Positions 58,593 to 64,000 of a DNA stretch of 64,000 nucleotides are shown in pieces. Position 1 is the first letter of the stretch, and each line of letters begins with the position of its first letter. The stretch lies in assembly GCA_965219385.1 (NCBI GenBank), contig CBDCNM010000002.1, positions 654,639 to 718,638 on the forward strand, read 5' to 3'. A program made the position numbers and the translations under genes. The notes under the pieces are model-generated. The model was not told where the DNA came from. It was given only the letters and a program-made list of their open reading frames with translations, and did no database searches. This DNA is from Candidatus Latescibacterota bacterium (GTDB taxonomy: Bacteria; Latescibacterota; UBA2968; UBA8231).

Positions 58593-60830
58593 ATGTTTTT
58601 ATATCTTTTTTATTTTTTCGCCGTCTCGATCATCTCGTTAAATTCGGCTTCAGCCCAGCAGCAGATCGACGAGTGGGCCGCCTATACCAGCACCAAAAAA
58701 CTGAACCACCTCCTGGTGCACCAGAACAGGGTCTGGAGCGCCTCCTCCGGAGGGGTGCTGTGCTTTGATCTGTCCACCCAGACCTATACCCGCTTCACCC
58801 GCCTGAACGGCCTGGCCGGCAACAAGGTCCTGAGCGTGGTCGCCGATACCCGCGGTCACTTGTGGTTCGGCACCGACCAGAACGGTCTGAGCCGCTTTAG
58901 ACCGGAGACCGAAACCTTCGATCCCCCTTTCAAGGATTTCGAAAACCACAAGATCCAGGCCCTCGCAGCTATAGAGGACCGCATCTTCGTGGGCATGGAC
59001 CGGGGCGTCAGCGCCTTCCTGATCGACAAGCAAGAGGTCAAGGAAACCTACAGCATCCTGGGCCACTTGACCAAGGACACCGAAGTGACGGCCCTTGCCG
59101 TCTTTGCCGGCAAACTCTGGGCCGGCACGGTCGAAGGGGTGGCCTGGGCGGATCTGAGCCTGCCCAACCTGCAGGATCCGGACAGCTGGAATTCGACGAC
59201 CGCTGTGGGTCGGGTGCGGGATATGGTGGTATTTTCAGACACCCTGTTCATCGCCGGCCACTTCGGGGTGTCCAGGTTCGATGCCGACGAAGAAGATTTC
59301 TCCTTGGAATTGATAACAAGCAATCTCAGAGGTCTGGGCCTGTTCGGGGGAACCGTGGTAGCCGCTACCGATAAAGGGGCATTCTTCCAGCGCAGCGGCG
59401 TAGAAAAGTGGGAGGTCCTCCAGGGGGTTCCCGATATCGAATATATTCGGGCCCTGTCTCGCGTCGACACCACCTTGTGGGTGGCCACGCTCGAGGGCCT
59501 GCAGGTAGTGGGCGCCGAACCGCCGCCGCCGCTCCGCGAACCAACGGGCAACCAGTTCTACGACCTCACAGTGACAAACGGCGACGAACTATGGGTCGCC
59601 AGCGTACCCAGCGACCAGGTAAGTCCCCGGCACGGTATCTACCGGTTCGACGGCGAGGGCTGGACCGTCTACGACCAGACAAGTGGACTGCCATCGGATA
59701 TCGCGGTCGCCTTGCAGAGCGATAGAGAGGGCAACCTGTGGGTCGGCACCTGGGGCAGAGGCATAGGAGTCCGGGATACCAGCGGAACCTGGCACCACCT
59801 CACCTTTTCCAATTCCGTCCTGGCCCCCCTGGCTGGAAGCAGATCCTTTGTGGTGATCAGCGATATCGTCCGCGATGCCAACGACCTGTTGTGGATCGCC
59901 AACGTCCAGACCGGCGTGGTCGTCATGGACGGCTATCCCCCCGACCAGCAACTCCTCTACGACCAGGATGCCATTGGATTGCCCGCTGGTAGAGATATCA
60001 AAAGGATAGCTATCGCCGCCGACGGCCTCAAATGGATCTCCACCCCCCGGGATGGTTTTATCCTCTTCGACGACGGCGGCACCCCCTTTGAAAAGGGGGA
60101 TGAATTCGCCCGGGTGATCAGCACCACCGATCCCGACTCCTCCATTCTGCTGACCAGCGACCGGGCCAGCGACATCGCGGTAAACGGCAACCAAGTGTGG
60201 GTCGGCACCGATAACGGCCTCAATGTCATGCGCTATAACTATACCCGTTCGACCCAGAGCTTCGAGATACTCAAATGGAGGGTCTACAACACCGACAATG
60301 GATTGCCATCGGGCGTCATCAACGCCCTGGAAACAGACTCCCAGGGCAATGTATGGGTGGGCACCGACTTGGGGTTGACACAGATCGGGGCGGACGGCGA
60401 GATAGCCATCACCCTCACCACCGCCAACAGCGGGCTGATCAACAACCGGGTCAAATCCCTGTTTTTCGACGATCGGAAGGGAGAATTGTGGATCGGCACC
60501 CTGGACGGTCTGAGCCGGCTGCAGGTGAATCCGGTCTACAATGGCGCCAGCTTCCAGGCCAGGGTCTATCCCAACCCGTTTTTGCTGGGCACCCGTGGCG
60601 CCACCCTGACCTTTGTCGACTTGCCCCTGGGCGCCTCCCTGCGGATTTTTGCCCTGGACGGGAGCCTGGTGCAGAAAATCGAGGGCGAGCCCGGCCGCGG
60701 CACTATTTCGTGGGACGGCTTTAACCAATCCCGTTTCAGTCTGGTGGGATCCGGCCTCTATTTCTTCATCGCCGAGGACGAAGCAGGAAACAGGGTAAAA
60801 GGCAAATTTGCCGTGGTCAAGACCCGGTAG
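58593..60830 (+). CDS. PorZ-like beta-propeller protein with T9SS/FlgD-type C-terminal domain
   Basis: Signal peptide, many 'D..G.LW.GT..G' propeller repeats, C-terminal 'VYPNPF...WDG....SGLYF...KF.VV'. Confidence 0.7.
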   Translation: MFLYLFYFFAVSIISLNSASAQQQIDEWAAYTSTKKLNHLLVHQNRVWSASSGGVLCFDLSTQTYTRFTRLNGLAGNKVLSVVADTRGHLWFGTDQNGLSRFRPETETFDPPFKDFENHKIQALAAIEDRIFVGMDRGVSAFLIDKQEVKETYSILGHLTKDTEVTALAVFAGKLWAGTVEGVAWADLSLPNLQDPDSWNSTTAVGRVRDMVVFSDTLFIAGHFGVSRFDADEEDFSLELITSNLRGLGLFGGTVVAATDKGAFFQRSGVEKWEVLQGVPDIEYIRALSRVDTTLWVATLEGLQVVGAEPPPPLREPTGNQFYDLTVTNGDELWVASVPSDQVSPRHGIYRFDGEGWTVYDQTSGLPSDIAVALQSDREGNLWVGTWGRGIGVRDTSGTWHHLTFSNSVLAPLAGSRSFVVISDIVRDANDLLWIANVQTGVVVMDGYPPDQQLLYDQDAIGLPAGRDIKRIAIAADGLKWISTPRDGFILFDDGGTPFEKGDEFARVISTTDPDSSILLTSDRASDIAVNGNQVWVGTDNGLNVMRYNYTRSTQSFEILKWRVYNTDNGLPSGVINALETDSQGNVWVGTDLGLTQIGADGEIAITLTTANSGLINNRVKSLFFDDRKGELWIGTLDGLSRLQVNPVYNGASFQARVYPNPFLLGTRGATLTFVDLPLGASLRIFALDGSLVQKIEGEPGRGTISWDGFNQSRFSLVGSGLYFFIAEDEAGNRVKGKFAVVKTR

Positions 60831-60836
60831 ATCGCG

Positions 60837-61502
60837 ATGACTCGTCATTTCACCCTCCTGGTGCTTTTTCTGCTGAACTCCCCTGCTGCCTCTGCGGGCG
60901 AAAAGGATCTGCTCTTCACCATCGCCCGCCTGCAATACAAAGGCGGCGGCGACTGGTACGGCAATCCCTCCTCCCTGCCCAACCTGCTGCGCTTCCTCAA
61001 ACAGCACACCCGCATCGATGTCGCCGCCGAGGAGGCCCAGGTGCAGATCATGGATGAGGAACTTTTCTCCTATCCGTACATCTACATGACGGGACACGGC
61101 AATATAGCCTTTGCGCCGGAGGAGGTCACGCGCCTGCGCCACTACCTGGAGAGCGGGGGGTTTCTCCACGCCGACGACAACTATGGTATGGACGAGGCTT
61201 TTCGCCGCGAGATCCGCCGGGTCTTCCCCAAAAAGGAACTGGTGGAACTGACCCCGGACCACGGAATTTTTCACTGTCACTTCGATTTCCCCAATGGACT
61301 TCCGAAAATTCACCAGCACGATGGCAAACGCCCCCAGGCCCTGGGCCTCTTCGAAGGAGACCGTCTGATCGTGCTCTACACCTACGAGACCGATCTGGGC
61401 GACGGCTGGGAGGATGAACGGGTCCATCCCAACCCGCCCGAGAAACGCCTGGCCGCTCTGCAAATGGGCATCAATATCCTCGTCTGGGCCCTGACTCACT
61501 GA
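60837..61502 (+). CDS. DUF4159 domain protein
   Basis: 'Y.GGGDWY.NP.SLPNL', 'YMTGHG', 'GGFLHADDNYG', 'DLGDGWED'. Confidence 0.85.
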   Translation: MTRHFTLLVLFLLNSPAASAGEKDLLFTIARLQYKGGGDWYGNPSSLPNLLRFLKQHTRIDVAAEEAQVQIMDEELFSYPYIYMTGHGNIAFAPEEVTRLRHYLESGGFLHADDNYGMDEAFRREIRRVFPKKELVELTPDHGIFHCHFDFPNGLPKIHQHDGKRPQALGLFEGDRLIVLYTYETDLGDGWEDERVHPNPPEKRLAALQMGINILVWALTH

Positions 61503-64000
61503 ATGCGGTTTATGCAAGATCCCGATCCTCTATACCAGAGCATACTCCACTATCTGCACCGCCTGCGCCGGCATCTGGTAGGGGTGGAACTGGCTTCCGG
61601 CCTGTTGCTGGCCCTGAGTGTGGGTCTGGCCCTGCTGCTGGTAGGGGTTGGGTTGGAAGCCCTGTTCTACCTTCCTCCGCCCTGGCGCGTTGCCCTGGGC
61701 CTGGGGTTTGTCGCCGGGCCGGGTCTGGTCCTCCTGATATACTTGCGCCGGCGCCTGCCGGCCCTTCTCTCTATCGAGCGGCTCGGTCTCCACCTAGAAG
61801 CCCGCTGCCCCCGACTGCAGCAGCGCTTGATCAGCACCCTGGAACTGTGGCAGGATCCGCGGGCCCGCCGACTTTATTCGCTCGACCTGCTAAAAGCGAC
61901 CGTAGCCGGCACGGCCGCGCTTCTCGTGCAACTGGACCGCAAGCAGGTCGTAGACCTGAGGGGCGTCAAAGCCCACGCTCGCGGGCTGGGCCTGGTGGCT
62001 TTGCTGGTGCTGGGATCGCACGCCCTGTTCGGGGCTGCCCTCGAGGACGCCCTGTATCGTTGCGCCCACCCTCTGACGCCCTTCGTCCGCCAGGCCCGTA
62101 CCCATATCGCCTTAGCGCCCGGCGACTTCGAAGTCGTCAAAGGCGAAGACGCCCTGGTCGAAATACGGTTTGAGGGCGTGCGCCCGCGCACGGCGCGGAT
62201 TTTGCGGCGCGAAGCCGAGAGCGCGTCCTGGCAGCACGAGGAACTCGTCGTCGACCGCGTCGATTCACTGGTCTACACCTTCAAACAGGTCAAACGGCCC
62301 TTCTCCTACCAGGTCAGCGCCAACGACGGCTACAGCCGGATCCACCACGTGTCCGTGGTGGATCCGCCTAGCGTTCGGCGTCTGCGTCTCCGCTACCACT
62401 ACCCGGCCTACAGCGGCCTGGAGGTGCGCGTCGAGGAAGAAAGCGGCGACATCAGCGGCCTGACCGGCACTGTGGTGGATTTTGAAGTCAGCGCCAGCAA
62501 GTCCCTGCGGCGAGCGGCTCTGGTCCTGAACGATTCCCTGGCGCATTCGGCCCGGGTGGAAGGTCACAGGGCCTACGTCAGACTGAAGATAGAGACCCCG
62601 GGCCACTACCACTTCGAACTGGTGGATCAGAAAGGCATAGCCAACCGCGATCCGATCCGCTATGCCATCCAGGTGGTCGAAGATACCTCTCCGCAGGTTG
62701 CCATCACCGACCCCGGCCGCGATATGGACCTGCCCGAAAACCTTCAGCTGGTCCTGGCAGCCGAAGCCGTGGACGATTTCGGCATCGAGCGCGCCTTCCT
62801 GGTTTATCGCATCAACGACGGCCCTGAACAGGGCCTGGGCCTCCACCTTGAGCCGGGCCGCCAAGTGCATCTGACTCACCTGTGGGATCTGGCCAGCGCG
62901 GATCTGCTCCCCGAGGACCGGGTGTACTACCATGTCGAAGCCTTTGACAACGACGAGGTCTCCGGTCCGAAGGGGGGAAAAAGCCAGGAATACACCCTGC
63001 GCTTCCCCTCGCTCTACGAACTCTACGAAGAGGTCGCCGCCGAGCAGGAAGCGCAGCTGGACGTCCTGGAAGAACTGGCCGAGGAAGGCCAGAAAAATCA
63101 GGAGTACCTGGATCAGCTCCGACGCGAACTGCTCAAGACCAACCAGCTGAGCTGGGAGGAAAAAAAAGAGCTGGAAGCTACCCTGACGCGCGAGGCGGAA
63201 CGGGCCAGGGCCGTGGAAGAGTTGGCCCAGCAGCTGGGAGAAACCCTGGAGGAACTCGACGAGAACCGGTTGGCTCCTCGCGAAATCCTCGACAAGCTGG
63301 AAGAGATCCGCGAACTCATGGCAGAGGTGACCTCCCCTGAATTGCGCCAGGCCCTCGAGGCCATGCAACAGGCCGCGGAGACCCTGGACTCGGCCCAGGT
63401 AGCCGAGGCCCTCAAGCAATTCAAAGAAGATCAGGAGGTCTTTCAGAAACGCCTGGACCGCACCCTTGAGTTGCTCCAGCAGGTACGGGCCGAGCAACGA
63501 CTCGAAGCAGCCGTACAGCAGGCCTTGGACCTCGAGCACCGGCAGATCCGGATTGACGCAGAGCTGGAACAGCAAGGCGGCAGCGAGCGCTTACAGGCAC
63601 AGGAGGGCAGCCTGCAGCGCGACGCGGACCGTTTGCGGGAGGATCTGAAGGAGCTGAGCCAGGACATGGAGCAATTCAGCGAGGAGACCTCCCAGAGTCT
63701 GGCGGCCCAGGCCGATCTCATGCAGGAGCAGAACCTGAGCGGCCGTATGGGCGAGATGATCAAACGCCTCCAGCAGCAGCAAAACCAGGAAGCCCGCCGC
63801 CTGGGCGCAAGCCTCGAGAAAGATCTGGGGGCGCTCAGCGCTTCCCTTGAGCGTCTGCAGGACGAGTACGCTGCCAAAGAGAAAAAGCAACTGGCTCAGG
63901 AGATGCAGCAGGCCATACGCGACCTTTTGCACCTCTCCTTGCAGCAGGAAGATCTGAAGACCCGGGTCCAGGACGCCCAGGGCTCGAAGGAGGCCGCATT
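61503..64000 (+). CDS. DUF4175-like membrane/coiled-coil protein (partial, runs off the window)
   Basis: Open frame from ATG 61503/61512; TM helices, 'YPAYSGL', 'DDFG', 'DNDEVSGPK', E/Q-rich coiled coil. Confidence 0.75.
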   Translation, partial: MRFMQDPDPLYQSILHYLHRLRRHLVGVELASGLLLALSVGLALLLVGVGLEALFYLPPPWRVALGLGFVAGPGLVLLIYLRRRLPALLSIERLGLHLEARCPRLQQRLISTLELWQDPRARRLYSLDLLKATVAGTAALLVQLDRKQVVDLRGVKAHARGLGLVALLVLGSHALFGAALEDALYRCAHPLTPFVRQARTHIALAPGDFEVVKGEDALVEIRFEGVRPRTARILRREAESASWQHEELVVDRVDSLVYTFKQVKRPFSYQVSANDGYSRIHHVSVVDPPSVRRLRLRYHYPAYSGLEVRVEEESGDISGLTGTVVDFEVSASKSLRRAALVLNDSLAHSARVEGHRAYVRLKIETPGHYHFELVDQKGIANRDPIRYAIQVVEDTSPQVAITDPGRDMDLPENLQLVLAAEAVDDFGIERAFLVYRINDGPEQGLGLHLEPGRQVHLTHLWDLASADLLPEDRVYYHVEAFDNDEVSGPKGGKSQEYTLRFPSLYELYEEVAAEQEAQLDVLEELAEEGQKNQEYLDQLRRELLKTNQLSWEEKKELEATLTREAERARAVEELAQQLGETLEELDENRLAPREILDKLEEIRELMAEVTSPELRQALEAMQQAAETLDSAQVAEALKQFKEDQEVFQKRLDRTLELLQQVRAEQRLEAAVQQALDLEHRQIRIDAELEQQGGSERLQAQEGSLQRDADRLREDLKELSQDMEQFSEETSQSLAAQADLMQEQNLSGRMGEMIKRLQQQQNQEARRLGASLEKDLGALSASLERLQDEYAAKEKKQLAQEMQQAIRDLLHLSLQQEDLKTRVQDAQGSKEAA

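Overview
This is a GC-rich bacterial chromosome segment, probably from an FCB-group lineage such as Latescibacterota. That assignment is inferred from a PorZ-like protein with a T9SS-type C-terminus, a DUF4159-DUF4175 pair, TWGxIK tails and several PhyH-family dioxygenases. The window has three parts. (1) 1-21.8 kb is a catabolic and transport region: ABC-2 permeases, two enolase-superfamily dehydratases, oxidoreductases, a sugar ABC importer, PhyH dioxygenases, a class III aminotransferase, two paralogous unknown proteins and an Asp-box sialidase-like protein. (2) About 21.8-36.5 kb is an integrase-less accessory region ending at the 3' end of tRNA-Lys(CTT). It holds (a) a variable-cassette locus in which C-terminal variants of an unknown protein sit upstream of variant secreted FGE/C-type-lectin-fold proteins, resembling toxin-CT/immunity orphan arrays; (b) an ORF-less group II intron invaded by three different ISs and lacking the DV bulge; (c) HEPN, PIN, DUF1016 and ABC-F fragments; and (d) repeated att-like junctions that copy the tRNA 3' end and delimit small gene cassettes. 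(3) 36.8-64 kb is a housekeeping run (efp-accB-accC-gcvH-HNH-scpA-scpB-rluB-[IS]-cmk-rpsA-mutS-rlmB-lptD-like-dtd-maf-rodZ-like-priA-porZ-like-DUF4159-DUF4175). All calls come from motifs read by eye; no database searches were run.
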